Shown: piece after piece, positions 42,369 through 51,586 of the stretch
Layout: every line of letters begins with the position of its first letter
Position numbering within the stretch: the stretch's first letter is position 1
Program-made: the position numbers and the translations under genes
DNA from: Candidatus Methanomethylophilaceae archaeon
GTDB lineage: Archaea > Thermoplasmatota > Thermoplasmata > Methanomassiliicoccales > Methanomethylophilaceae
DNA length: 64,000 nucleotides
Direction: 5' to 3'
NCBI GenBank assembly: GCA_050950505.1
Contig: JBMNHS010000001.1
Location: 480,001-544,000, forward strand
Notes under the pieces: generated by a model
The model's database searches: none
The model's input: the letters and a program-made list of their open reading frames with translations, nothing else
What the model was told of the DNA's origin: nothing

Positions 42369-42545
42369 TCGTGTCACTTCCGATCGGCCGCACCGATCAT
42401 TCAGACGACGGCATCACTTCATAATAAGCCGTAGGTTACATTCAGGAAACCATCTAACGGAAAGGTTTCTGTCCGTTTTATCACAATTCGAAACGTTCGG
42501 ATGTTATGCGACATCCGATTGTTGCACAGAAAAAGGAGACAGAAA

Positions 42546-42731
42546 ATGAGCAAATTTGAAAAAATAAACGGATGGAACGAAAAATCATCATACGTCGCAG
42601 TGAGAGACGCACAAAGTTACCTGAACGGGACTTATGAAGGAGCCGCATGTTCCTGCGGTTCCTCATGCGGATCGGGCGACAAACCCAAAAGAAGCTCCTG
42701 CGGTTCTTCCTGCGGATCCGGAGGCAAATGA
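42546..42731 (+). CDS. Putative RiPP precursor, 61 aa, SCGS-repeat (ACGX-like) peptide
   Basis: AGGAG upstream; MSKFEKINGWNEK...AACSCGSSCGSGDKPKRSSCGSSCGSGGK; directly upstream of radical SAM/SPASM gene. Confidence 0.8.
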   Translation: MSKFEKINGWNEKSSYVAVRDAQSYLNGTYEGAACSCGSSCGSGDKPKRSSCGSSCGSGGK

Positions 42732-42738
42732 ACAAACA

Positions 42739-42756
42739 GCCCCGGGATGCCGGGGC
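42739..42756 (+). promoter_or_regulatory. GC hairpin between precursor and maturase genes
   Basis: GCCCCGG-GATG-CCGGGGC. Confidence 0.5.
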
Positions 42757-42781
42757 ATCTTCCGCATCGAACGGCGAACAG

Positions 42782-43810
42782 ATGAAAGATATGTTTGCAT
42801 TTCAAATTCATATAACCGAGGAATGCGACCAGCGTTGCGAACATTGTTATATCTTCGCTGAAAACAATGACGTCGAAATACGACGCATGAGTTTGGACCA
42901 GATGACGGCCGTTGTGAATAACTGCATGGAAACGTGCAGAAAACTGGACCGCGAACCTTACTTCTATATCACCGGCGGAGATCCCATTCTGCACAAAGAC
43001 TTCTGGAAGTTTCTTGAAATATTATCTGAAAACCGCATTCGGTTTTCGATTATGGGAAACCCGTTCCATCTTAACGGGGAAGTATGCAAAAGATTGAGTA
43101 ATCTCGGTTGCGAAAAATACCAATTGTCGATTGACGGTATGCGCGACACCCATGATGCCATTCGAAAAAAAGGATCTTTCGATGCCACCCTGGAAAAAAT
43201 AAAAGACATAAGATCGGCGGGCATGGACTGTGCGATAATGACCACGGTGTCCGGACTGAACGCGGATGAAATGCCCGATATAATTGACACCGTGGTGGAA
43301 AACCATGTGGACATATTCGCATTTTCCAGATACTGCCCCACCGGGAATGAAAAAAGCGTCGGACTCACCCCGGAGGAATACCGGGAGGTTCTTGACGCAT
43401 GCTGGAAACGGTTTGAGGTTCACAAAAACAGCGGGACCTGGTTCAATCTGAAGGACCATCTCTGGAAGCTTTATCTTTTTGAGAGGGGGATGTTCAGCAT
43501 TCCGGACGGTCTTGAAGAGGATGTAATCTACGACGGATGCAACTGCGGCAATAACCATTTGACAATACTTCCTGACGGAAGCGTCTATGCGTGCAGAAGG
43601 ATGGAAAGTCCCGTGGGAAACGCGTTGGACGAGTCTCTTTATGATATATTCACCGGCAGTAAAATGGACTGTTACCGCAGGTACAACGATTTCAAAAAAT
43701 GTTCAAAATGTGAGTTGCTGAGATTTTGCAGAGGATGTCCCGCTGTTGCATGCGGCGGGACCGGGGATTTTTACTCGGCAGATCCCCAATGTTGGAAGGT
43801 GTTACCTTGA
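42782..43810 (+). CDS. Radical SAM/SPASM peptide maturase, ACGX-system-like (alternative start 42728)
   Basis: FQIHITEECDQRCEHCY (CxxxCxxC), TGGDP, SIDG; SPASM region CNCG..G.VYACRR..CSKC....CRGCPA..DPQC. Confidence 0.88.
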   Translation: MKDMFAFQIHITEECDQRCEHCYIFAENNDVEIRRMSLDQMTAVVNNCMETCRKLDREPYFYITGGDPILHKDFWKFLEILSENRIRFSIMGNPFHLNGEVCKRLSNLGCEKYQLSIDGMRDTHDAIRKKGSFDATLEKIKDIRSAGMDCAIMTTVSGLNADEMPDIIDTVVENHVDIFAFSRYCPTGNEKSVGLTPEEYREVLDACWKRFEVHKNSGTWFNLKDHLWKLYLFERGMFSIPDGLEEDVIYDGCNCGNNHLTILPDGSVYACRRMESPVGNALDESLYDIFTGSKMDCYRRYNDFKKCSKCELLRFCRGCPAVACGGTGDFYSADPQCWKVLP

Positions 43811-44397
43811 ATGATACGTTAAAATCCATATTCGACAGAAGAAGCATAAGACGGTTCACGGAACAACAGGTGGGCGATGAAAATCTGAATACCATTGTGG
43901 AAGCGGGATTGTATGCCCCGAATGCAGGCAACAGACAGACAACCGTGGTGTTGATTTCCAAGAACAGGGAAATAAACGAAGAACTCGGAAAGATAAATAA
44001 AAAAGCTTTCAAAGGCCGCATATCAACGGCGGACAGGTTTATCTCCAAGGACAATCCCGGCATAGCCGACAATCCCGCCCTCGAAAGCGGATTATACGGC
44101 GCCCCCGTTGTGATAACATTGTTCGGGCCCAAGGATTTCCTTTATTCGGTTCCGGACTGCTGGGTCATGGCAGAGAATATGGCCTTGGCGGCTTATTCCC
44201 TGGGAATAGGATCATGTCTCATCGCCCGTGCGGAAGACACCTTCGACACTGATGCCGGTCAGAAGATTCAGAACGAGGCCGGCATACCTTCCGATTACAT
44301 TGCGAGGGTGCACATAGCACTGGGTTATCCGGAAAACGGGTTCCCGAAAGCAAAAGAAAGGAAAAGAAAAGACGAACGGATTCTGGTCATCGATTGA
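43807..44397 (+). CDS. Nitroreductase-family flavoprotein
   Basis: RRSIRRF, APNAGNRQ, YGAP, ENMALAAYSLGIGSC, LGYP; TTG start overlaps the rSAM stop. Confidence 0.88.
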   Translation: MNDTLKSIFDRRSIRRFTEQQVGDENLNTIVEAGLYAPNAGNRQTTVVLISKNREINEELGKINKKAFKGRISTADRFISKDNPGIADNPALESGLYGAPVVITLFGPKDFLYSVPDCWVMAENMALAAYSLGIGSCLIARAEDTFDTDAGQKIQNEAGIPSDYIARVHIALGYPENGFPKAKERKRKDERILVID

Positions 44398-44560
44398 TTC
44401 CAATCAACGTTCATTTTTCCGGCATATTTCAGTGAATGCTTTGTCATTCTCGCGCATCTGAATGCAAATCAGCGGTGCTGACCACTTTTTTAATGTAACA
44501 AATCGTCTTATGGATGCGGTGTGCGGAGTGACCTTATCCAATATTTTCAAAAATCATCAG

Positions 44561-44634
44561 CGGGCCTGAAGGGATTCGAACCCTTGGCCGTTCGATTAAG
44601 AGTCGAACGCTCTACCTAGCTGAGCTACAGGCCC
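44561..44634 (-). tRNA. tRNA-Lys (CTT)
   Basis: GGGCCTGTAGCTCAGCTAGGTAGAGCG TTCGA CT-CTT-AA TCGAA CGGCC AAGGGTTCGAATCCCTT CAGGCCCG cloverleaf. Confidence 0.96.
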
Positions 44635-44757
44635 CTGCGAATTCTCTACAATCGGTCGTCATTAATAAACCTGTCTGTTATTCTCTATTACGTACGCATA
44701 ATCCAATACCCTGTGTACAGATTAATATAACTTAAACCGTTTTACGAAGTGATAACG

Positions 44758-45234
44758 ATGGCAGAGCTCAAAGTAAGGGATCTAATGACCACGCAGGTGG
44801 TTACACTCAAACCCGGGGACACCATAAAACAGGCCACGATACGTTTTGCGGTAAACAATATTTCAGGTGCGCCCATAGTTGACAATAAAAGCCACCTCAT
44901 CGGAATCATCAGCGAAGACGACGTTTTGCAACTCATCGTCAAACGTCAGGAAGAGATGGACGAGGAGGGAGGAAAGATGTTGTCGTATTCTTTCGACTCC
45001 GCAAGTCAGAATTCAATTCTTCAGGAAGCCGCAAACGATATTTCCAACACGAAGGTGGAGGAAATAATGACCCACACCGTTCTGACCACGACTCCGGACG
45101 CATCCATCGTGGATCTTCTCAAAGCCATGATTGAACGCAAGGTCAACAGAGTCCCTGTTTTGGAAAAAGGGGTTCTTGTGGGAATAATCTCCAGAGGAGA
45201 CATTGTTTTCCATATCTACAAAAGAAAAATATAA
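44758..45234 (+). CDS. CBS-domain pair protein
   Basis: VRDLMT, ISGAPIVD, VEEIMT, RVPV....LVGIISRGD. Confidence 0.9.
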   Translation: MAELKVRDLMTTQVVTLKPGDTIKQATIRFAVNNISGAPIVDNKSHLIGIISEDDVLQLIVKRQEEMDEEGGKMLSYSFDSASQNSILQEAANDISNTKVEEIMTHTVLTTTPDASIVDLLKAMIERKVNRVPVLEKGVLVGIISRGDIVFHIYKRKI

Positions 45235-45247
45235 TGCCGGAGCCGGG

Positions 45248-46015
45248 ATGGGATTGTTGGAAGCGCACATACTTGCTAGTGGGAGTGACGGGAACTGTAC
45301 CGTCATTCAATCGGGCGATGAAGCCATTATGATAGATGCGGGTCTGAGCTGCCGCAGACTTCTGTCCCTCATGGACACTCAGGGTGTGGATCCGTCAACC
45401 ATAAAGGCGATTCTGCTGACCCACGAACATACGGATCATGTAAGAGGAGCGGGGCCCACCGCAAGAAAACTGGACATTCCCGTTTATTGCAACAGGCCCA
45501 CTTACGAAGAGAGTAAACTCGGTCCCGTGGATTACAGACAGATTCACACCGGAATGCCGTTCAGTCTTTGCGGAATGGAAATATTACCCATGGCCACCTC
45601 CCACAACGCTGCGGAACCCAACGCTTTTCTGACCAAATCGGGAGATAAGAGAATACTCGTGGCGACCGACACAGGCAAACTGACTCTTCAACTGGAACAT
45701 GCTCTGTCGATATCCGATTTGGCGATAATAGAGTCCAACTACGACAGTCAGATGCTGTCTGACGGACCTTACCCTCCGAATCTGAAAAAACTGATTGACA
45801 GCGACATCGGCCATTTATCGAACGTTGCCTGCGCCAGTGCCATAAAACGGACTCAATGCAACGGGCGTCAGATATTTTTGGCCCACTTGAGCAAGACGAA
45901 CAACAAGCCGGATCTCGCAAGGGAAACCGTGGCCGAAATAACCGGTGAAAAACGATACAACCTTGATTGTCTCGAATTCCCGGGAGATACGAGAACAATC
46001 AGGGTGAAGTCCTGA
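45248..46015 (+). CDS. MBL-fold metallo-hydrolase (YycJ/WalJ-like)
   Basis: LASGSDGN, THEHTDH, TDTG, ESNYD, GHLSN, HLSKTNN. Confidence 0.88.
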   Translation: MGLLEAHILASGSDGNCTVIQSGDEAIMIDAGLSCRRLLSLMDTQGVDPSTIKAILLTHEHTDHVRGAGPTARKLDIPVYCNRPTYEESKLGPVDYRQIHTGMPFSLCGMEILPMATSHNAAEPNAFLTKSGDKRILVATDTGKLTLQLEHALSISDLAIIESNYDSQMLSDGPYPPNLKKLIDSDIGHLSNVACASAIKRTQCNGRQIFLAHLSKTNNKPDLARETVAEITGEKRYNLDCLEFPGDTRTIRVKS

Positions 46016-46847
46016 TCAATACCGCTTTTTCCCTTGTAATCAAAGCGTCCGCCATGCTTCTGGGCATTGTTATCAGATCTTCCTTTTTCAGGTTGTAATC
46101 CCTGTCGGGACCGGCGAACACGGGAAGATCTTCCAGTATTCTGATGAACACGTTCTCGTCTCCGTAGGATTCTTCTTCGGTGACGGATTTTCTTTCCGGG
46201 GAGGATATGATTTCTTCCCTCTTATCTTCCTGAGCGGGTTCGGTTTCAACCGTTGATTCAATTTCCTGAACGGGTTCGGGAATCTGAACCGATTCTTCGT
46301 AAGGATTGTAGAAATCGTCCTCGGAAATTCTGTCGGAATCAAAGTCCTCGAATTCATCCTTCATCACCGGCATATCTTTCAGTGATGACGGTTCCTCTGC
46401 GGAAGGTGCGGATTTCACGACAGGTTTCGGCGGCTCCGGAGTCTCTTCGATGGGTTCTATTTTGTATCTGACGTGTCCGGTGGCACGATCGACGGATCCC
46501 ATGTGAACCCTGGCGGCTTCCAGAACGGAATCGTAAAATATTTTTTCTTCGGCGGTCAGAATATCGACGGACATCTGAGCGCCGGAAGCGGCTCTCAGAG
46601 CCATGCAGCTGACTTTGTCCATTCTCATGGATACGATGTCCCTTACCAACCGTCCCGCCTTTCTCCGGCGCTGGTTTGCGCCCTCGCACATAATCGAATC
46701 GGGATCTTCGGAAAGCAATCTTTCGTATTCGGCTTTCAAAGCAGTCAAAAGCGCGGTCATTGAAGGATAAAGATCGATTCTGACGTCCGAAAGGAGACCC
46801 TTGGTCCTTTCCTCCCTGTAAACTACCGTAAGGTCTTCGAACTTCAT
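45999..46847 (-). CDS. GINS complex subunit (Gins51-like)
   Basis: ER....L.....DLY, R..K, EEK.FY, acidic linker, C-terminal RILEDLP.F.G.D...Y.L..EDL..MP...A..LI. Confidence 0.75.
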   Translation of the reverse strand: MKFEDLTVVYREERTKGLLSDVRIDLYPSMTALLTALKAEYERLLSEDPDSIMCEGANQRRRKAGRLVRDIVSMRMDKVSCMALRAASGAQMSVDILTAEEKIFYDSVLEAARVHMGSVDRATGHVRYKIEPIEETPEPPKPVVKSAPSAEEPSSLKDMPVMKDEFEDFDSDRISEDDFYNPYEESVQIPEPVQEIESTVETEPAQEDKREEIISSPERKSVTEEESYGDENVFIRILEDLPVFAGPDRDYNLKKEDLITMPRSMADALITREKAVLIRTSP

Positions 46848-46962
46848 CGGATTCAATGTTGCCGAACGCATCGTGATAACCTAAGCGATGTCCGTATTTT
46901 AGTTTAAGCATCTCCGCAGGTCATGGGAAAATTGAATATCACACTTAAACCATCAACAAACC

Positions 46963-47259
46963 ATGGACCTCTCGGATGTGACCCGAAAGACCGAAGAAGG
47001 CCTTGAAGTGGAAATCTACGTATCGCCACGTTCCTCCAAGCAGGGATTGGACGGTTTTGACGAATGGAGAAATCGTCTCATAGTCCGAGTAAGGGCCCCC
47101 CCTCTTGACGGCAGAGCCAACAAAGAAGTGGAAAAACTGATGAGAGATTTGACGGGAATGAAATCCGCGGTGATCAAAGGGACGACCGATCGAAGGAAAA
47201 CCGTTTCGATAGACGGCGATTATGAAACAATAATGAAAAAATTGGAAGACTCGTTATGA
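46963..47259 (+). CDS. DUF167/UPF0235 protein
   Basis: VSPRS, APPLDGRAN, G.T.RRK. Confidence 0.85.
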   Translation: MDLSDVTRKTEEGLEVEIYVSPRSSKQGLDGFDEWRNRLIVRVRAPPLDGRANKEVEKLMRDLTGMKSAVIKGTTDRRKTVSIDGDYETIMKKLEDSL

Positions 47260-47654
47260 GCAAAGACTCGGACAGATACGAAGCGATTGTGGAGATTCTC
47301 GAAGACCTGGAAGAATTGTCCGAAGGCAGCGTGATTCTGGTCGAAGGGAGAAAGGACGTATCCGCTTTGAAACATCTGGGAATAACCGGCGATATATTCA
47401 CCGTACAGTCTTCCGGAGGTCCCATAAAGGCCGCCGAATACGTTTTCGAACAGGGAAAGAATGCGGTGATTCTGACCGATTGGGACTCGAAAGGTGACAT
47501 AATCGCTTCCGATCTGGAAATACATCTGTCCGCCCTGGACGTGAGTTACGACCGGGACATAAGGGAACGTTTGGCCGGTCAGTGCAGAATCGACATCAAA
47601 GACGTGCAGGCTTTGGACGAGCTGGTGGAAAAGCTGTCTTACGCCGTTCCCTGA
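47256..47654 (+). CDS. Small Toprim-domain protein
   Basis: VEGRKD, LTDWD.KG. Confidence 0.85.
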   Translation: MSKDSDRYEAIVEILEDLEELSEGSVILVEGRKDVSALKHLGITGDIFTVQSSGGPIKAAEYVFEQGKNAVILTDWDSKGDIIASDLEIHLSALDVSYDRDIRERLAGQCRIDIKDVQALDELVEKLSYAVP

Positions 47655-47729
47655 ATTCCGTCGTCACCGGATATCTTACAATCATACAAACCTGTAATAT
47701 ACAGAAGAACCAATCCTTACACGGTAAGG

Positions 47730-48317
47730 ATGGAAGGCCGGTTCATTGTTTTTGAAGGCATTGACGGTGCAGGCAAAAGCACCCTGATAGACGGAGTGTC
47801 AAAATTTCTGGCCGGAAAAGGCATCGATGTGACGGTGACTGCCGAACCCTCCGACGGACCCATCGGTTCGATTATACGTTCCGGTAAAATCAAAGACATT
47901 TCTCAAAACGCCGAGGCGCTTATGTTCACGGCGGACCGGGCGTACCATACCCGGGAAATGCTCAAATGGATGAAATCGGGAAAAACCGTGCTTTGCGACA
48001 GATATTACGCTTCGACGGTGGCATATCAGGCGGCAAATCTTGACGGTACGGAATCCGACCGGGAATGGCTGATGGAAATAAACCGTCCCGTGATAACGGA
48101 ACCCGACCTTACTTTCCTTTTGGATTTGGATCCCGAGACAAGCATGCGCAGAGTCAACGACAGGGGAAACACAAGCAAATTTGAAAAAATCGAATATCTC
48201 GGAAAAGTCCGTTCCAACTATCTCGAGTTGGCCAAGGAGAAAAATTTTAAAATCATAGACGCCGCACGCACCGAAGAAGAGGTGCTGCGCGAAGTAATTA
48301 CGATAATAGGTGAATGA
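47730..48317 (+). CDS. tmk: Thymidylate kinase
   Basis: FEGIDGAGKST, DRYYAS..AYQ. Confidence 0.94.
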   Translation: MEGRFIVFEGIDGAGKSTLIDGVSKFLAGKGIDVTVTAEPSDGPIGSIIRSGKIKDISQNAEALMFTADRAYHTREMLKWMKSGKTVLCDRYYASTVAYQAANLDGTESDREWLMEINRPVITEPDLTFLLDLDPETSMRRVNDRGNTSKFEKIEYLGKVRSNYLELAKEKNFKIIDAARTEEEVLREVITIIGE

Positions 48318-49510
48318 AAATGCATCCTTCGGAAGAAATCTATTGCGAAAAAAGCAGCAGACTCAGAGGCAAGACGGTGGTGGTAGGCATAACCGGCAGC
48401 ATAGCCGCGACGGAATGCTTCTCCACCATAAGGGATTTGATAAGACACGGCGCAACGGTCATTCCCGTGATGACCGATGCCGCCTGCGATCTCGTAACCG
48501 TGGACACGATTGAGTTTGCTTCGGGAACAAAACCCATAACGAAACTGACGGGGCAGGCGGAACACATCAAACACATGGGGGATTCCAGATCCGCAGATCT
48601 GCTCATGGTATATCCCGCAACCGCAAACACAATATCGAAAATAGCCAACGGAATAGACGACACCACGGTGACGTCGATGGCAACCGTTGCTCTGGGCAAC
48701 GGAATACCCGTGGCGGTCGCCCCCGCGATGCATGAGGCCATGTTCAGAAATCCCGCGGTTGCGGCCAACATAAAGAAGTTGGAAGATATGGGCGTCAAGG
48801 TCATAGGCCCCCGTACCGACGGAATAAGAGCCAAAGTTGCAACCAGGGAAGAAGTGGTGTCCTGGGCGTTCAAACTTTTGTGCGGCAACGATCTCGCCGG
48901 AAGAAGAATTCTGGTGGTCGGGGGACGTTCGGAAGAACCGATTGACGACATGAGGATAATCACCAACCGTTCCACGGGCCTGATGTCGTTGTCCCTGGCT
49001 ATACGTGCTTTCGAAAGAGGGGCGGACGTGGAGCTGTGGATGGGTGCAAGCAGCGTTGACGTTCCCGATTACATCAAAACCCGCAGGTTCGAAACCGTGG
49101 CGGACCTCGTTTCCATGATTCCGGACGTCAATCACGACATAGTGATTGTCCCGGCGGCACTGTCTGATTTTGCCCCCTCCGAAATGTACAGCGGAAAGAT
49201 TCCCAGTGAGGAAGGATTCAAATCCGATTTTATTCCGGTTCCCAAGGTTCTGCCGCTGATACGTGAGAAATGCGACAGAGTCATAGGATTCAAAGCGGAA
49301 TCCGGATTTACCGACGAAGAATTGGTGGCAAGGGCGAGACTGAGACTGGAAGAATACGATTTGTACGCGGTTGTCGCCAACGATATAGACGCCGCGGGAA
49401 AATCATCCTCCGCCGCCTTGCTCGTAACTGCCGACGACTACATTGACATATCGGGATCCAAGATAAGAATTTCCGATTGTATTTTGGATTTCTGTTCCGG
49501 AAGACAATGA
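48314..49510 (+). CDS. coaBC: Phosphopantothenoylcysteine synthetase/decarboxylase
   Basis: GITGSIAA, PATANT, PAMHEAM, EPIDDMR.ITNRSTG, GFKAE. Confidence 0.93.
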   Translation: MKMHPSEEIYCEKSSRLRGKTVVVGITGSIAATECFSTIRDLIRHGATVIPVMTDAACDLVTVDTIEFASGTKPITKLTGQAEHIKHMGDSRSADLLMVYPATANTISKIANGIDDTTVTSMATVALGNGIPVAVAPAMHEAMFRNPAVAANIKKLEDMGVKVIGPRTDGIRAKVATREEVVSWAFKLLCGNDLAGRRILVVGGRSEEPIDDMRIITNRSTGLMSLSLAIRAFERGADVELWMGASSVDVPDYIKTRRFETVADLVSMIPDVNHDIVIVPAALSDFAPSEMYSGKIPSEEGFKSDFIPVPKVLPLIREKCDRVIGFKAESGFTDEELVARARLRLEEYDLYAVVANDIDAAGKSSSAALLVTADDYIDISGSKIRISDCILDFCSGRQ

Positions 49511-50364
49511 CCACGGCGTTTTCTCCCGGACACATAACCTGTTTTTTCCAGCCCGTGTCTTCTTACAACCCGCTGAGCGCGGGTTCCAGAGGCGCGGGTA
49601 TACGGATCAATTTGGGCTCCACCGTCATGGTAAAACCCGCCTCGGGCAAACCCATCACGAAAATCAACGGGAACATTGTGGAAGGGGAGATAGTGAGACA
49701 CGTCGCACGTTTGCTGGACCCCGATCAAGAATATGACATCAACATAAAACACGACCTTCCCGTCGGACAGGGATTCGGAATGTCCGCCGCGGATGCGGTG
49801 GCGACATCCCTCTGCGTCTGCCGGCTGACCGGAAAAGATATGGCCGAGGGTTACCGGGCGGCCCACATGGCCGAACTCTCGGAAGGAGGGGGACGCGGAG
49901 ACGTCGCGGGCATAATGAGCAGATGTCCCCAGCCGCTGAGAACCGTTGCGGGACTGCCGCCCTTCGGAAAAGTAGAAGACACCTTCGTGTCCGTGGACAA
50001 GCTCACGCTGTTCACCGTTGGACCGCAGATTGAAACAAAATCAATTCTGTCAGACCGTAAAACAATGGCAAAGATAAGAGAAGCCGGGGCCGTCGCCACA
50101 GACGAATATCTCAATAATCTTTCTTTGAAATCCCTGTTTGAGATATCCAACCGTTTTTCGGAGGATTCGGGGTTGCGCACTTCAGAAATAAACAATGCAA
50201 TCCATGTTTTGGAAGAGGCCGGATACAGGGCGGCAATGTGTATGTTGGGCAACAGTCTTTTCACGACGGCGCCGAAAGACGCGGTGAAGGAAATAATCGG
50301 TGATGTGTGGGCCGTATCATGCAGCGCAACCGTCGAAGAGGCGAGAGTCACTCGTATAAAGTGA
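49507..50364 (+). CDS. Pantoate kinase (GHMP family)
   Basis: PGHITCFF, GSRGAG, PVGQGFGMSAA, MLGNS. Confidence 0.87.
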   Translation: MTTAFSPGHITCFFQPVSSYNPLSAGSRGAGIRINLGSTVMVKPASGKPITKINGNIVEGEIVRHVARLLDPDQEYDINIKHDLPVGQGFGMSAADAVATSLCVCRLTGKDMAEGYRAAHMAELSEGGGRGDVAGIMSRCPQPLRTVAGLPPFGKVEDTFVSVDKLTLFTVGPQIETKSILSDRKTMAKIREAGAVATDEYLNNLSLKSLFEISNRFSEDSGLRTSEINNAIHVLEEAGYRAAMCMLGNSLFTTAPKDAVKEIIGDVWAVSCSATVEEARVTRIK

Positions 50365-50647
50365 ACAGAACATCGTCCCCGCCCACGTCGAACAATCCTA
50401 TTCTCGCACCGCAGTCCAGCCAGCCGTGGGCATAATTGACGGCGGCGAAAGCCGTTACCAAATCACCCTCATCACGGAAATGCCTGGCATCGTTGTAGTA
50501 AGATTCGGCCATGTTGAGGAAATCTTCCGCCAATCTGCGGCCGAATGATTTTTCGGGAGCCGCGATTTTCAGTTTTTCCAACGCTCTTGACGTGATATCC
50601 AGATAACGGGCGATTTTTTCCGGGGTGACGGTATCCTTCACGGACAT
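50348..50647 (-). CDS. DUF357 protein
   Basis: SYYNDA.HF...GD.V.AFAAVNYAHGWLD. Confidence 0.87.
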   Translation of the reverse strand: MSVKDTVTPEKIARYLDITSRALEKLKIAAPEKSFGRRLAEDFLNMAESYYNDARHFRDEGDLVTAFAAVNYAHGWLDCGARIGLFDVGGDDVLFTLYE

Positions 50648-50731
50648 ACTCCGACTATGAACGGATTACGATATAATCCTGCTGGGAGCGTTTTAGATAA
50701 GATAATATTACCCGAGTGGTATCGTGGGCTC

Positions 50732-51586
50732 ATGATAATCGTAGGCGGATCCTCATCAAGGGACCTGGCCAAAGAGCTGGCCGCCATACTTCAATGCACA
50801 TACGTACAGGCTGCGACCACCCGATTTCCGGACGGTGAATGTTACACCAGAATAGACCACATGGAATTGGACGATGACGTGGTAATCGTACAGAACACCT
50901 ATCCCGACGTGAACTTGATCGAGATGTTCCTTCTTCAGGACGCGGTCAAACGTCTCGGTGCAAGAACCGTGACTTTGGTCATACCTTATTTCGGATATGC
51001 CAGACAGGACCGGGTATTCAAACCCGGAGAGCCACAGAGCGCAAGAGTCATGGCAGAACATCTGGACATGGTCTGTGACAGAGTGATTACCGTGGACATC
51101 CACAAAGAAGAGGTCCTCGATTACTTCACCTGCCCGAGAGAGGATCTGAAAGCCGCCGAAACCATTGCGGAATATTTCACGGAAAGGGACATCGATTTGG
51201 TACTCGCCCCGGATCTGGGCGCGGTGAACAGAGCGAAAGCGGTGGCCGACATACTCAAAGTGGATTTCGATCATCTCAAAAAAATAAGACTGTCGGGCTC
51301 CGAAGTCAAAATGGAACCCGCCGCCATGGACTGCGAAGGCAAGAACGTTCTGATTGTGGACGATATGATTTCCACCGGAGGAACGATAATAGCCGCCGCT
51401 TACGCTTTGAGGGAAGCGGGGGCCTCGGGAGTTTCCGTCGCATGCACCCACGGCGTGTTCGTCGGCAATGCGATAGAACGCCTGACCGGAAGTTCCCTCG
51501 ACACAATACTTTGCTGCAACACATTGGAAAATGAAGTATCACACATATCGGTCGCACCGATAATAGCCGATGCGTTGAAACGGTGA
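50732..51586 (+). CDS. prs: Ribose-phosphate pyrophosphokinase
   Basis: FPDGE, PYFGYARQD, PDLGA, VDDMISTGGT. Confidence 0.95.
   Translation: MIIVGGSSSRDLAKELAAILQCTYVQAATTRFPDGECYTRIDHMELDDDVVIVQNTYPDVNLIEMFLLQDAVKRLGARTVTLVIPYFGYARQDRVFKPGEPQSARVMAEHLDMVCDRVITVDIHKEEVLDYFTCPREDLKAAETIAEYFTERDIDLVLAPDLGAVNRAKAVADILKVDFDHLKKIRLSGSEVKMEPAAMDCEGKNVLIVDDMISTGGTIIAAAYALREAGASGVSVACTHGVFVGNAIERLTGSSLDTILCCNTLENEVSHISVAPIIADALKR

Noticed and set aside
42647-42727. Arg-rich N-terminal extension of the radical SAM ORF
   Set aside because: It is the alternative frame of the precursor's repeat region; the recognisable enzyme begins at 42782, or 42728 at the earliest.
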